A stretch of 63,975 bases of DNA, filler included, from Octopus bimaculoides (lineage: Eukaryota): assembly GCF_001194135.2 (NCBI RefSeq). It is 6 parts of 5 records of this genome, joined end to end, with 100 filler letters (N's around TTAATTAATTAA, not from the genome) between each part and the next. Parts side by side here need not be neighbours in the genome. Positions count along the whole stretch, not along the records: positions 1 to 10,324 come from NC_068987.1; positions 10,425 to 39,140 come from NC_068987.1; 4 more parts are not named here. The stretch is one strand, 5' to 3'. Both the position numbers and the translations under genes were made by a program. A model generated the notes under the pieces. It was not told where the DNA came from. It saw nothing but the letters and a program-made list of their open reading frames with translations, and searched no databases. Every line of letters starts with the position of its first letter. Position 1 is the first letter of the stretch. Of this stretch, positions 1 through 12,071 are shown one piece after another.

Positions 1-34
<34 letters not shown>

Positions 35-50
35 ACACAAACACACAAAC
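1..50. repeat. (CA)n microsatellite
   Basis: Direct AC dinucleotide run. Confidence 0.95.
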
Positions 51-54
51 ACGA

Positions 55-200
55 CAGGCTTTCATATACCAAATTCACTCACAATGCACTGTATGGTGCG
101 GACCATATTAAAAGAGACTTGCCCAAGGTTCTACGCAGACTGAACCCCAAAACCGCATGGTTACAAAGTAACCTCCTTAACAAGGCAACCATTCCTGTGC
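55..200 (-). mobile_element. SINE family B head fragment (degenerate)
   Basis: Matches the reverse complement of the head of the fuller copies at 6453-6826 and 35177-35522 (aaattcactcacaa...gacttgcccaagg...actgaacc). Confidence 0.7.
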
Positions 201-759
201 CCTTACAGTATTATTTATTGAAGGTTCTGGGTTCAAATCTCGCAGATGTCAACTGATTCTTTTCGAAATCGTTAACAAAATATGAGTGAAATAGTGGAAT
301 CAATTTTATTGATTATCGATCTATGCCAACATGTTATGGGTGAAATGGCGGAGTCGAACCCCAAATTTCTGCTAAGTTGTACATCTTATCATTTTATAAG
401 ATGCTGGGAGTGCAACTGAGTGAATATTTGGCTGCCATTTCTTGCAGATAGAGTAATAGACTCCCTCAGCGACTAATGGTGTACAATAGCGGTACTTATG
501 TGACGATGATCATAAGACTCTTTTAATAAGCTGTGTTTCATGATTATGATTCACTTCGAATTTTTACCAGGCACAGAGAATGACAAATATTCTGACGTCA
601 TATGGAAACGTTTCATCAACGTCGTTGAGGTTTGCACTCTAAGAAAGACGTAGTGACGTCAGAGTAAATGTGAACTTCGTAGGTGATTCATTATGAAACA
701 CGGCATAGTAATTGTTATCTAAAATCATATAACTTGATTCAACAAGGACTCTTCTGCGG

Positions 760-950
760 TTTTTATTATTCAATGTCCTTTTAGTTCACGACATCAGAAT
801 GAATGTGATAGGAGGGACTTAGTTGTGATTTCAAGCACGCCAAGCGACCGCAGAGAAACAACGTCATAATCTCGATTGTTGTTTTGCTCAAGTTAACCTT
901 GATTAAATAGACCTTTGATTAATGATACTCCAGACATGACCATCCCATTT
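760..950 (-). repeat. Dispersed repeat family F (probable SINE with (CAA)n tail), degenerate
   Basis: The reverse complement resembles 50470-50690 (ggtcatg..tgga..tgatcaaa..tctg...aaacaacaa). Further pieces lie near 30330-30500 and 59790-59870. Confidence 0.45.
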
Positions 951-1065
951 TCTTGTTTCAACTGCAGTGCATTGAAACAGTTACGGACTGCAGTAGTACC
1001 ATTATAGCGAAGATTCTCTATTTTTTACTGATGCCCCCAGGATCTTACACTGTATTACACAATGC

Positions 1066-1918
1066 CCTCTAATCTGTGCTGCCAAAGAGCAAGCACTAAG
1101 AACAAACTACATAAAATACAGAATAGACAACACAGCAGAAAGTAATAAACGCAGAATCTGTGGACAAAACGGTGAAACTGTATAGCATATTACCAGCCAA
1201 TGTACGACACTTGCCCAGAAGGAATATAAGAGACGCCACGACAATATAACAAGGCTTGTCCCTTGGGCACTTTGCAACAAGTATGGACTTGACAGAGCAA
1301 AAAATTGGTACGACCACAAACCTGAAAGCATCGTCGAAAATAGAAATGCAAAGATCCTATGGGATTTTATGATTCAGTGCGACCATGAGATAGAGAATAG
1401 GAAGCCAGACATAGTCTTAATTGAGAAAGAAAACAAACTATGCTGGATAATAGATATAGCTGACAATAAGGTATGCGATAAGGAAGAAAGAAAAGTCGNN
1501 NNNNNNNNGAAGCCAGACATAGTCTTAATTGAGAAAGAAAGCAAACTATGCTGGATAATAGATATAGCTGACAATAAGGTATGCGATAAGGAAGAAAGAA
1601 AAGTCGAGAGATATGACAAGTTAGCTTGGGAAGTTAAGCAGTTGTGGTCGATGAAAAAGGTAGCAGTAGTACCAATAATTGTCGGAGCTATGGGACCAGT
1701 GAGCAAAAATCTCGAGAAGTACGTGGAACAAATAGGGGCTGCAATAAGGGTGGAGCACTTGCAGAAAACAGCACTGCTTGGAACCGCTCGAATACTCCGG
1801 AAGGTGCTCGAACGATAAGAAGTGTTACCTTAGTTCACTGGTACTGAACAGCTGACACTGTAGTACATCTCCAACGTTAGAAGCTGTGCAAAGGCGATAA
1901 TAATAATAATAATAATAA
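1066..1918 (+). mobile_element. 5'-truncated R4/Dong-like non-LTR retrotransposon (zinc knuckle + restriction-like endonuclease, 3' UTR, (TAA)n tail), inactivated
   Basis: Frame-1 translation from 1069 reads LICAAKEQALRTNYIKYRID...KRRICGQNGETV*HITSQC (decayed CCHC knuckle)...ILWDFMIQCDHEIENRKPDIVLIEK...IIDIA...ERKVERYDKL...VVPIIVGAMG...LQKTALLGTARILRKVL*. The short 3' UTR ends in (TAA)n at 1898-1918. Confidence 0.88.
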
Positions 1919-1992
1919 TTATTATTATTTATTTAAAAAGAAAGTTAGAAATACAAAATAAATGCATTGGTTATGGTTCAGTTTTTTAATTT

Positions 1993-2270
1993 TTTATTTA
2001 TCAATTAGTAAGCCTTGTGAGTGGATTTAGTGGACGGAAATTGAAAGAAGCCCATCGTATATATATATGCATGTCTGTGTGTGTTCCCCCACCATCGCTT
2101 GACAACCGATGTTGGTAGGTTTACGTCCCCGTAACTTAGTAGTTTGGTAAAGGAAACAGATAGAATGAATACTAGGTTTCCAAAGAATAAGTCCTGGGGT
2201 CGATTTGTTCGAGTAAAGGCGGTGTTCCAGCGTGACCGCAGTCAAATAACTGAAACAAATAAAAGAACTA
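1993..2270 (+). mobile_element. SINE family B, 3' two-thirds
   Basis: gccttgtgagtggatt...ccaccatcgcttgacaaccgatg...ggggtcgatttg...gcagtcaaataactgaaacaa is shared with many copies in the window. Confidence 0.85.
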
Positions 2271-2834
2271 TTTAACCAATTAACTAATCGATTGGTGGGT
2301 TAATTGTTCGGTTAATAACCAATTAGTTAGGTTTGTTAAAGTTCTTTCATCATCATTCGCGACCTCATCAATGACACACCCTCTCTACCCCAGGCCTTCT
2401 TCAGTTAACTGGCTAAATGTTTAAACTAATTTACAAATGAAAGTAGAGGAGTGATATAAAACCAGTGCGTGTGTTTATTATTGGCATAAAGTCCCCTTCT
2501 CGAGACACAACAAAATATGTTTCAACACGCGAATTCACATCAAGAATCTTGGAAACCAAATACAAAAGCGAAATATAAATAGAAACTAAAATTCTTAAAA
2601 TACAAAGGCTTCGTAAATCCTGTTTGTTTGATGATTAAACCAGTAAGCACGTAACTCTGCAGATAAAATCATTTATATTTATAGGCCAAAGTAACTTAAC
2701 TGGCGTTCCTAAATATGTAACATGAAGCGTTTTCTTCTGTTTATTTTGTAAACATAAATATTTTCCTGGAAATAAAACGAAATTAACGAACCTCAGCAAG
2801 TTAGTTATTGGTTTATGGACGCCTTTTCTTTTCA

Positions 2835-2872
<38 letters not shown>

Positions 2873-2904
2873 TAATAATAATAATAATAATGATGATGGT
2901 GGTG

Positions 2905-2938
<34 letters not shown>

Positions 2939-2952
2939 TGATGATGGTGGTG

Positions 2953-2986
<34 letters not shown>

Positions 2987-3009
2987 TAATAGTAATAATA
3001 ATATTAATG

Positions 3010-3040
<31 letters not shown>

Positions 3041-3110
3041 TAACGGTTTCAAATTTCGGCACAAGGCGAACAATTTCGGGAGAGAAGTAAGTCGATTATA
3101 TCAGTGTTCA
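2835..3110 (-). repeat. (AAT)n/(GAT)n tract forming the tail of a SINE family D fragment
   Basis: About 200 bp of AAT/GAT repeats abut tttcaaatttcggcacaagg...agtcgattat, which is the reverse complement of a family D 3' end. Confidence 0.7.
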
Positions 3111-3218
3111 AATGCATGCGCTGGTTTATTTGCAATCCTGTGGTATCAGGTTCAGTCCCACTGCGAGGCACCTTGGACAAATGACCTCTACTGTAGATGG
3201 AAACTGTTTGGAAGCTCG

Positions 3219-3251
<33 letters not shown>

Positions 3252-3976
3252 NNNNNNNNNNNNNNNNNNNNNNNNNNNNNNNNNNNNNNNNNNNNNNNNN
3301 NNNNNNNNNNNNNNNNNNNNNNNNNNNNNNNNNNNNNNNNNNNNNNNNNNNNNNNNNNNNNNNNNNNNNNNNNNNNNNNNNNNNNNNNNNNNNNNNNNNN
3401 NNNNNNNNNNNNNNNNNNNNNNNNNNNNNNNNNNNNNNNNNNNNNNNNNNNNNNNNNNNNNNNNNNNNNNNNNNNNNNNNNNNNNNNNNNNNNNNNNNNN
3501 NNNNNNNNNNNNNNNNNNNNNNNNNNNNNNNNNNNNNNNNNNNNNNNNNNNNNNNNNNNNNNNNNNNNNNNNNNNNNNNNNNNNNNNNNNNNNNNNNNNN
3601 NNNNNNNNNNNNNNNNNNNNNNNNNNNNNNNNNNNNNNNNNNNNNNNNNNNNNNNNNNNNNNNNNNNNNNNNNNNNNNNNNNNNNNNNNNNNNNNNNNNN
3701 NNNNNNNNNNNNNNNNNNNNNNNNNNNNNNNNNNNNNNNNNNNNNNNNNNNNNNNNNNNNNNNNNNNNNNNNNNNNNNNNNNNNNNNNNNNNNNNNNNNN
3801 NNNNNNNNNNNNNNNNNNNNNNNNNNNNNNNNNNNNNNNNNNNNNNNNNNNNNNNNNNNNNNNNNNNNNNNNNNNNNNNNNNNNNNNNNNNNNNNNNNNN
3901 NNNNNNNNNNNNNNNNNNNNNNNNNNNNNNNNNNNNNNNNNNNNNNNNNNNNNNNNNNNNNNNNNNNNNNNNNNAT

Positions 3977-4027
<51 letters not shown>

Positions 4028-4034
4028 TACACAC

Positions 4035-4066
<32 letters not shown>

Positions 4067-5282
4067 ACGTATATACATTCATTATGCATGTATGTGTAAC
4101 CGTGTGTGCATGTATATATGTATTTAAGTCGTGCAATTTGGGGGAAGGGGATACATCAATTACATCGACCCCGTGTTCAACTGGTACTTTTTTTTATCGA
4201 TTCCGCCCTGATGAAAGGCAAANNNNNNNNNNNNNNNNNNNNNNNNNNNNNNNNNNNNNNNNNNNNNNNNNNNNNNNNNNNNNNNNNNNNNNNNNNNNNN
4301 NNNNNNNNNNNNNNNNNNNNNNNNNNNNNNNNNNNNNNNNNNNNNNNNNNNNNNNNNNNNNNNNNNNNNNNNNNNNNNNNNNNNNNNNNNNNNNNNNNNN
4401 NNNNNNNNNNNNNNNNNNNNNNNNNNNNNNNNNNNNNNNNNNNNNNNNNNNNNNNNNNNNNNNNNNNNNNNNNNNNNNNNNNNNNNNNNNNNNNNNNNNN
4501 NNNNNNNNNNNNNNNNNNNNNNNNNNNNNNNNNNNNNNNNNNNNNNNNNNNNNNNNNNNNNNNNNNNNNNNNNNNNNNNNNNNNNNNNNNNNNNNNNNNN
4601 NNNNNNNNNNNNNNNNNNNNNNNNNNNNNNNNNNNNNNNNNNNNNNNNNNNNNNNNNNNNNNNNNNNNNNNNNNNNNNNNNNNNNNNNNNNNNNNNNNNN
4701 NNNNNNNNNNNNNNNNNNNNNNNNNNNNNNNNNNNNNNNNNNNNNNNNNNNNNNNNNNNNNNNNNNNNNNNNNNNNNNNNNNNNNNNNNNNNNNNNNNNN
4801 TTCCTTTTCAGATAAAGGAAAATGCAAATTAAACGAGATAAAATTTGTGTTAAAATTTTGTTTTTTTTAAATGAGACGTTTTCTGAGTAAGTTTTATGGA
4901 TTTTTGAGATAACCACTTTGGAAGTTGATGATTTTCAGATGAACAAACCTTGCAATCCATTAGACAGGAGGCTGGCATAATGTGTTCGGACGTAAAGAAA
5001 ATATACCATCTTACTAATCTAGTTATAACTTCTGGCTTTCTTTGAAAGCTATCCACCAACTGACACAATGATTTAAACTATGTGTAGTTTACATAATATT
5101 TACGTCGATGCAACGATAAACAGATAATATCGGGTTACCGCCGAAAAATCATTTAGCCTTGCGAGCGAAATTCATTTCTTTATTTTTTATTCATTCTTGC
5201 TCGTACGTTGCTTAGTAACTTCAATTTGTACATTGCTATAGAATAATTTTAAACTTTTGTGTAAGCTAATATATTTAACTGT

Positions 5283-5600
5283 GAAGGCGCGTGGCCTAGT
5301 GGTTAGGGCATTCGGCTCACGATCGTAAAGTCATGAGTTCAATTCTCGGTGACGCGTTGTATCCTTGAGCAAGACACTTTTTTCCACGTTGCTCCAGTCC
5401 ACTCAGCTAGCAAAAATGAGTAGTACCTGTATTTTGAAAAGGGCCAGCTTAGTAACACACTGTGTCAAGCTAAATCTTCTTAAGAACTACGTTAAGGGTA
5501 CACGTGTCTGTGGAATGCTCAGCCACTTGCAAGTTAATTTCACGAGCAAGCTGTTCCGTTGATCGTATCAGCTGGAACCTTCGTCGTCGTAACCGACGGA
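5283..5600 (+). mobile_element. tRNA-derived CORE-type SINE (family A1)
   Basis: A box (tggcctagtgg), B box (gagttcaattc) and CORE-like gtatccttgagcaagacactt...ctccagtccactcagct. Its 3' tail is shared with family A2. Confidence 0.85.
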
Positions 5601-5610
5601 GTGTTCCTTT

Positions 5611-5925
5611 GGAGGCGCAATGGCCCAGTGGTTAGGGCAGCGGATTCGCGGTCGTAGGATCACGTGTGAGTGTTTATTGAGCGAAAACAGCTAAAGCTCA
5701 ACGAGGCTGTACTCTTTCATCACAGCTTTTTTTCACTCTTTCTTCCTGTTTCTGTTGTACCTGTATTTCAAAGGGCCAGCCTTATCACATTCTTTGTCAC
5801 GGTGAATCTCCCCGAGAACTACGTTAAGAGTACGTTACAAGTGTCTTCTACTATAGCCTCGGGCCGACCAAACCCTTGTGAGGGGATTTGGTAGATGGAA
5901 ACTGAAAGAATCCCGCAGTATATAT
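5611..5925 (+). mobile_element. SINE A2 (B box deleted) joined to the middle of a SINE B
   Basis: The head ggaggcgcaatggcccagtggttaggg runs to gagaactacgttaag, then the sequence switches to family B (caagtgtcttctactatagcctcggg). Confidence 0.8.
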
Positions 5926-6452
5926 ATATATATATATNNNNNNNNNNNNNNNNNNNNNNNNNNNNNNNNNNNNNNNNNNNNNNNNNNNNNNNNNNNNNNN
6001 NNNNNNNNNNNNNNNNNNNNNNNNNNNNNNNNNNNNNNNNNNNNNNNNNNNNNNNNNNNNNNNNNNNNNNNNNNNNNNNNNNNNNNNNNNNNNNNNNNNN
6101 NNNNNNNNNNNNNNNNNNNNNNNNNNNNNNNNNNNNNNNNNNNNNNNNNNNNNNNNNNNNNNNNNNNNNNNNNNNNNNNNNNNNNNNNNNNNNNNNNNNN
6201 NNNNNNNNNNNNNNNNNNNNNNNNNNNNNNNNNNNNNNNNNNNNNNNNNNNNNNNNNNNNNNNNNNNNNNNNNNNNNNNNNNNNNNNNNNNNNCAAGACA
6301 TTTGCCCAAAATGCCACACTGTGGGACTGAACCCGAAGCCATATGCGGCTGGAAAACAAACTTCTTACCAACACAGCCACGCCAACGCCTCTTCTTGATA
6401 GTATTCATGGTTTAAAGTTATCATCTTTGCAAACGTTGAGTGTGTTACTGCT

Positions 6453-6826
6453 TACTCTCTTTTACTTGTTTCAGTCATTTGACTGTGGCCATGCTGGAAC
6501 ACCGCCTATAGTCGAGCAAATCGACCCAAGGACTTATTCTTTGTAAGCCTAGTACTTATTCTATCGGTTCTTTTGCCAAACCGCTAAGTTACGGGGACGT
6601 AAACATACCAGCATCGGTTGTCAAGCGATGTTGGTGGGGACAAACACCGACACACATATATTTACATATATACGACGGGCTTCTTTCAGTTTCCGTCTAC
6701 CAAATCCACTCACAAGGCTTTGATCAGCCCGAGGCTATAGTAGAAGACACTTGCCCAAGGTACCACGCAGTGGGACTGAACCCGGAACCATGTGGTTGGT
6801 AAACAAGCTACTTACCACATAGCCAC
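6453..6826 (-). mobile_element. Near full-length SINE family B
   Basis: The minus strand has A box tggctatgtgg, B box ggttcagtccc, a CORE-like accttgggcaagtgtcttct and the gtaaaagag tail. Confidence 0.9.
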
Positions 6827-9800
6827 TTAAATATTTGTTGGTTTGTAGCAAAGTTGCCATAATTTCATTTTCCTTCAATTCAGCCCCACTCCCCAAAAAA
6901 CCTTGAAAAATAATTTTAACATTTATTGTTTACTTATAAACGACATTCTTTAAATATCTAATGTGATTTTACACCTTTAAACAATTGCAGATTGTTTTCA
7001 GATATTAATCAACGAGTATGTTACCTTAAACTTTATTCATTAACAATGAATGTGGCCTTGAATTCCTCACCCGTATTATCAACGTCTACCATTTCATTTT
7101 CATTCTCTTTGAAGATTGAGTGTGCGACCTTATGTATTTACAGGTCCAGAACGAACGACACACTGTGAGTTAGTTGGGTGTGTTACACAATATAAGTTAA
7201 AAAAAACCCAAAAAACCCCCCAAAAAATAAGACTTACATGAAATAAATGTCATATCTAGTATCATAAATGTCATGTCTTAAATTATAATGCTTTGCATTT
7301 ATAAATAGAATATGCAGAAAATGTGAAATGGACGAAAAGAGACAGAGGTGCGTTAGAAGTTCGAAAATAATTTAAACGAGGCACTAAAAATATAATAGGA
7401 CAAGACACTCCGGATTGGCCAAGTACTGATATTGCGCTATTTGATCTCATGTAAATTCAAAAGATTTAATAGGGATCTTAAGATTTGTTGTTCCCTCAAA
7501 GGAAATTCTTTAAATATTTATTCTGATTTTCAAACTTTTAAAGAATTATTTTCTATCTTTTTTTTTCCTTTATCTTTTGCTTGTTTGAATCATTGGGCTG
7601 TAACCATTATGCGGCACCACCTTTAAAGGGTTTTAGTCGAACAAGTCGAGCCCAGTGCTTTTAATTTTGTTTAAAGACTGGTACACATTCTACAGGTCTC
7701 CTTTGGCGAACCGCTACGTTCGGAGAAGGATGTTACAGGGACGAAAACAAACCAGCTCTGGTTGTCAAGCAGTGAGGGGTCTGATAAACGCGGACACAAT
7801 GACACAAACACACACTAACGCACAAACACATACGCGCGTACATACAAACATACACACACACGCACACACAGAGTTTCTGTCGACCAAATTTCACTTAGAA
7901 GCCATTAGTCGGCCCCGGGACTACAGTAGAAGGCACTTTTCCACGGTGTCACTCAATGGAATTGAGCTCGAAAAGCAAGCCATTTAATCACACACTCATG
8001 CGTGCGCCTATAATTGTAGACTTTTAAAACTGCTTTTAGTCAGAGGGGTTGGCAATGCCCCGTTCCCCGTTAAAGGGTGTCCGAGACTGTTGAGAGGGAA
8101 AGAATAATGATTCCTCAAACAAGAAGCCGAATGTTTGCAAAAGAATCGATTCCACTAACGGCATCCAAGCAACCAAGTCTAGGCTTTAAACCGGGTGTCA
8201 GGTTATACTTGTCACCCAAGTGGTCCATAGCGAGATTTGTACTCAGAACACAAGAGCCAGAAGAAATATTGCATGGTATCCAATCTGTGACGTCCTGACA
8301 GTTTCGCCAGGCGAGCGGTTTGGGTGATTAGTAATGGTTTGTCGACCCCGAAAGTATGAAAATTAAGTTGACCTTGGCGGATTTCGAACTCAGAGAGCAG
8401 AGAATCAAGATACATACCGCAGAGATGCTCTTACCACCTTGACAATTTGCCGAGGAAGTTACCTTAAATTCGTGTTTCTTTTTATTTTGGGGTAGGTGGG
8501 TGGCGGAGACATATGTAGTATAGTGACTACTCCAAGCTCCACTTTGTTTCACTGTGGTAGGTTGTATTCCTCGATGACCCTGAGATCTATGCTAACGGAC
8601 CGTAAGCTCTTGATAGAGGCCTTCCATATTGAACAGGTCAGAGGATAGAGGCCTGACTAATATAGATCACCTCTTCCCAGAGGTAAAAATGGCTCTGCGT
8701 AGGGCCGAAGGCTCTCCCTAGACAAAAAAAGGCAGTTACAGAAATATCGATGGCAATTCAAAATCAACAGGGTCTAGAAACATGAAAAAGCGGGAATCCA
8801 ACTGAAGGGAAACTGAAAAGATAGATGAGAGCACAGTGTAGAAAAGTCATCGATTATTACAGAAGTATCAACGAGAAATCAAATCCAACAAGGCCTGAGA
8901 GAGGAAGATCTCAAGTCAAGAACTGATAACAGTACAGAAAGGTTGTCGATGGCTTGTACTCCGTTGCTTAAGTAATGTCGTGAGTTTTTGCGCTCGCTAC
9001 ATTTCACGTGTGACGCCTGACTGTATGTGTATTCAATATGTAGAACGCTCCTCTGGGATATTTCCCACTCAGCCATATTGTTGATATTCATAATCAGGTC
9101 AGCACATTCTCTAACGCCTGAGATTTCTTGGTATGTATTTCGCCTATTGCATGAGCCAGCGAGGAAGCTTCTACGTGAAGCCACTGCTTTAGAAAAGGAT
9201 ACATTGTACAATTATAATGTAATTATTAATAACATGTATTACCGATGTTTTTAGATGTCATATTCCTAGATATTTATGTTTTGTGCAACTGAACATGAGT
9301 TTGTGGTGTTCGCATCGTAATCGCAGTTATATAGTTTGGGGTTGTAACTAAAATTTGGTGAACTGAAATTATGAAGAAGTCTGTTAAATAACCATTCCTA
9401 TTCTTGGGAGATTAACTTAATCTGTTTCATGGTTTAACGCCTCCATCGAGGTCCTGAATGTCATTAGTTCATGCTGTTGAATCATTAGAGTTAGGTTTTC
9501 TGCCTGAAGATAACTTCCCCGCCACCACTCTCAGAGGCTTTGTGAAAAATCATAAGTGCTGCCTTTCGAGTCGTGACTAAATCGTAAAAACAAATCATGT
9601 GTAGATGTGTCTAAACTCTAAGTATAATGTAACCGTCCATACATTGATGTGTACAATAAATCTCCTTCATGTACCTTATTCATACAGATGCGCAATTACT
9701 TGGCCTATGGACAATTGCCACTTAAATGCTGACATGCAGGTCACTGGAATAAAGAGGCAAATTCGAAGGGCTCTAGAACTACCTTGTTTTTGTTTTGTCT

Positions 9801-10094
9801 GTTTCTTTCTTTTTCCCATGTGTTTCGTGGGAAAAAAAATGAGTTTTATAATATCTCTCAGGCCCTTAAGCTTGGGCCATAAGAAAGAGCGCAAACTATA
9901 GTTTTCCATTCTGTGGTGTTCATTGATTACTATTTTACTTCTCCAAGGGTTCTTTAGCATGAAACCGTTCGGTAACATAGAATGACTGTTATGAAACTAA
10001 ATATGCATATGCATTACGCACGCGCGCGCACAGACACACATGTGCGAAGACTTGGTGCCCAGGTCCGCATTCAACCAACCAGGGTACGTTTGAT

Positions 10095-10235
<141 letters not shown>

Positions 10236-10236
10236 A

Positions 10237-10306
<70 letters not shown>

Positions 10307-10324
10307 GAAATGGCGAATGGCACC

Positions 10325-10424
10325 NNNNNNNNNNNNNNNNNNNNNNNNNNNNNNNNNNNNNNNNNNNNTTAATTAATTAANNNNNNNNNNNNNNNNNNNN
10401 NNNNNNNNNNNNNNNNNNNNNNNN
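10325..10424. other. Artificial assembly spacer N44-TTAATTAATTAA-N44 (also at 39141-39240, 53049-53148, 60384-60483, 62874-62973)
   Basis: Five identical 100-bp structures. The 12-mer encodes TAA stops in all six frames. Confidence 0.95.
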
Positions 10425-10430
10425 ATATAT

Positions 10431-10461
<31 letters not shown>

Positions 10462-10721
10462 AGCAATGTTAATTCTCTAAATGAGGTATTAACAGTAACT
10501 GCACGATAAAGTGAAGTATATTGCCACTTAAATGTGGCTGACCCCTAGGGGTGGATGTTACTGTTGCTTTTAGCCCCAGGAGGACATCTCCTCCAGCTGG
10601 CTTATCGACACACTTCTGTGTCCTGTTTGTTTTGCCAAGGGAAGTTATCCCTCTCATCGTGATCTGTAGCACGAACGGACCCGAGTTTCAGGGTTATTTC
10701 CCTTCGTCAGCGTTCGATAGC

Positions 10722-10771
<50 letters not shown>

Positions 10772-11655
10772 TAATAAAGAGAATAGAGATCTATACATCC
10801 GGTTTTATTCTGCTGTCAATCACGTCTTTCCATTTCATACATCAAAATGCAAATTAATAAGCCATAGACGAGAGAGCGCGTTACATTGTGTTCATCAGTT
10901 AAATATTCATTCAATCCATTTAACTGATTGAATAATACGTAATATTAAAAATTAGAATAGAAATCAAGTAAACAATAGCAAGTAGAGTAGCCGATTAAAT
11001 ATAAACTCCTCAATAAATTAGCTTAATTAATATCAAAGAGTAAATAAGGGAATAAAATTAACGATAACCATTAAGAGTAGTAGTGGTAGTAGTAGTGACA
11101 GGGATGATAACAATAGTAACAACAATAACATCAACACACACTAAGTAACCTGATACTAAATATACTACAAAAATGCACATGCTGACTACTAACCCATTCC
11201 TGGACAGCTAGTCATTTGTTTTTCTAACCAGCAGAGTTAGGCTATTTTTAGAATACTAAGATCACGTGTGTGAAACTTTTTGGTTGTTCCTGTATTTGGT
11301 TCAGATGGGATCCGAAACGCTGTTAATAGCACCGTGAAGAAGCGGCAATTAACACCAAAATGCACACTAAGAAGCAAAATTTTGGAGTGTGCACAAAATT
11401 ACAGCAGAAACATATGTAGGTGCAGAAATGGAAAGACGTGATTGACAGCAGAATAAAACTGGACACATAAACCTCTAATCTCCTTTATTATTAGAGACAT
11501 GGATTTACCGATGTGAAGATAGTAAAATAAACTAGTTCTACACTTAGGGAGGTTAGCCAACATTGTTAACCGGTAAAAGCTAATACAGTAACGGTACCCG
11601 CTAGGATTGTATATACCTACCAGCCTAATGTGGAAACTTACCTATATATATATCA

Positions 11656-12015
11656 TCATCATCATCATCATCATCGTTTAACGTCCGCTTTCCATGCTAG
11701 CATGGGTTGGACGATTTGACTGAGGACTGGTGTACCAGATGGCTACACCAGGCTCCAATCTGATTTGGCAGAGTTTCTACAGCTGGATGCCCTTCCTAAC
11801 GCCAACCACTCCGAGAGTGTAGTNNNNNNNNNNCTGATTTGGCAGAGTTTCTACAGCTGGATGCCCTTCCTAACGCCAACCACTCCGAGAGTGTAGTGGG
11901 TGCTTTTACGTGCCACCGGCACGAAGGCCACTCAGGAGGTACTGGCAATGGCCACGCTCGAAATGGTGTATTTTACGTGCCACCTGCACAGGAGCCAGTC
12001 CAGCGGTACTGGCAA
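11656..12015 (-). mobile_element. SINE-like family C with RTE-type (GAT)n tail
   Basis: The reverse complement contains gttggcgttaggaagggcatccagctgtagaaac...gcatggaaagcggacgttaaacgatgatgat. Other copies are at 53928-54121 (+) and 60140-60383 (-). Confidence 0.85.
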
Positions 12016-12071
12016 AAATATATATTATATATATACCCGAAATATATAATACAAAACCCTAACCACCTTCG

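Noticed and set aside
593-661. Two TGACGTCA (CRE) palindromes 61 bp apart
   Set aside because: No other promoter evidence or nearby gene, and the region neighbours decayed repeats.
1402-1607. Apparent tandem duplication inside the R4-like ORF (KPDIVLIEK twice)
   Set aside because: The two copies flank an 11-N gap and differ by a SNP, so this is a contig overlap or haplotype artefact. The same applies at 11757-11900.
2808-4815. Long ORFs (439 aa, 567 aa etc.) in the supplied track
   Set aside because: They are open only because of N runs and AAT, TA or CA microsatellites. The same holds for all X-rich and IYIY/HTHT/poly-N/D/H ORFs.
5283-5360. tRNA-like sequences at SINE heads
   Set aside because: They have A and B boxes but no complete cloverleaf, and they continue into SINE bodies. 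They are not tRNA genes.
8560-9210. GC-richer block with 75-110 aa ORFs
   Set aside because: Possibly an old LINE relic, but no diagnostic motif in any frame I read.
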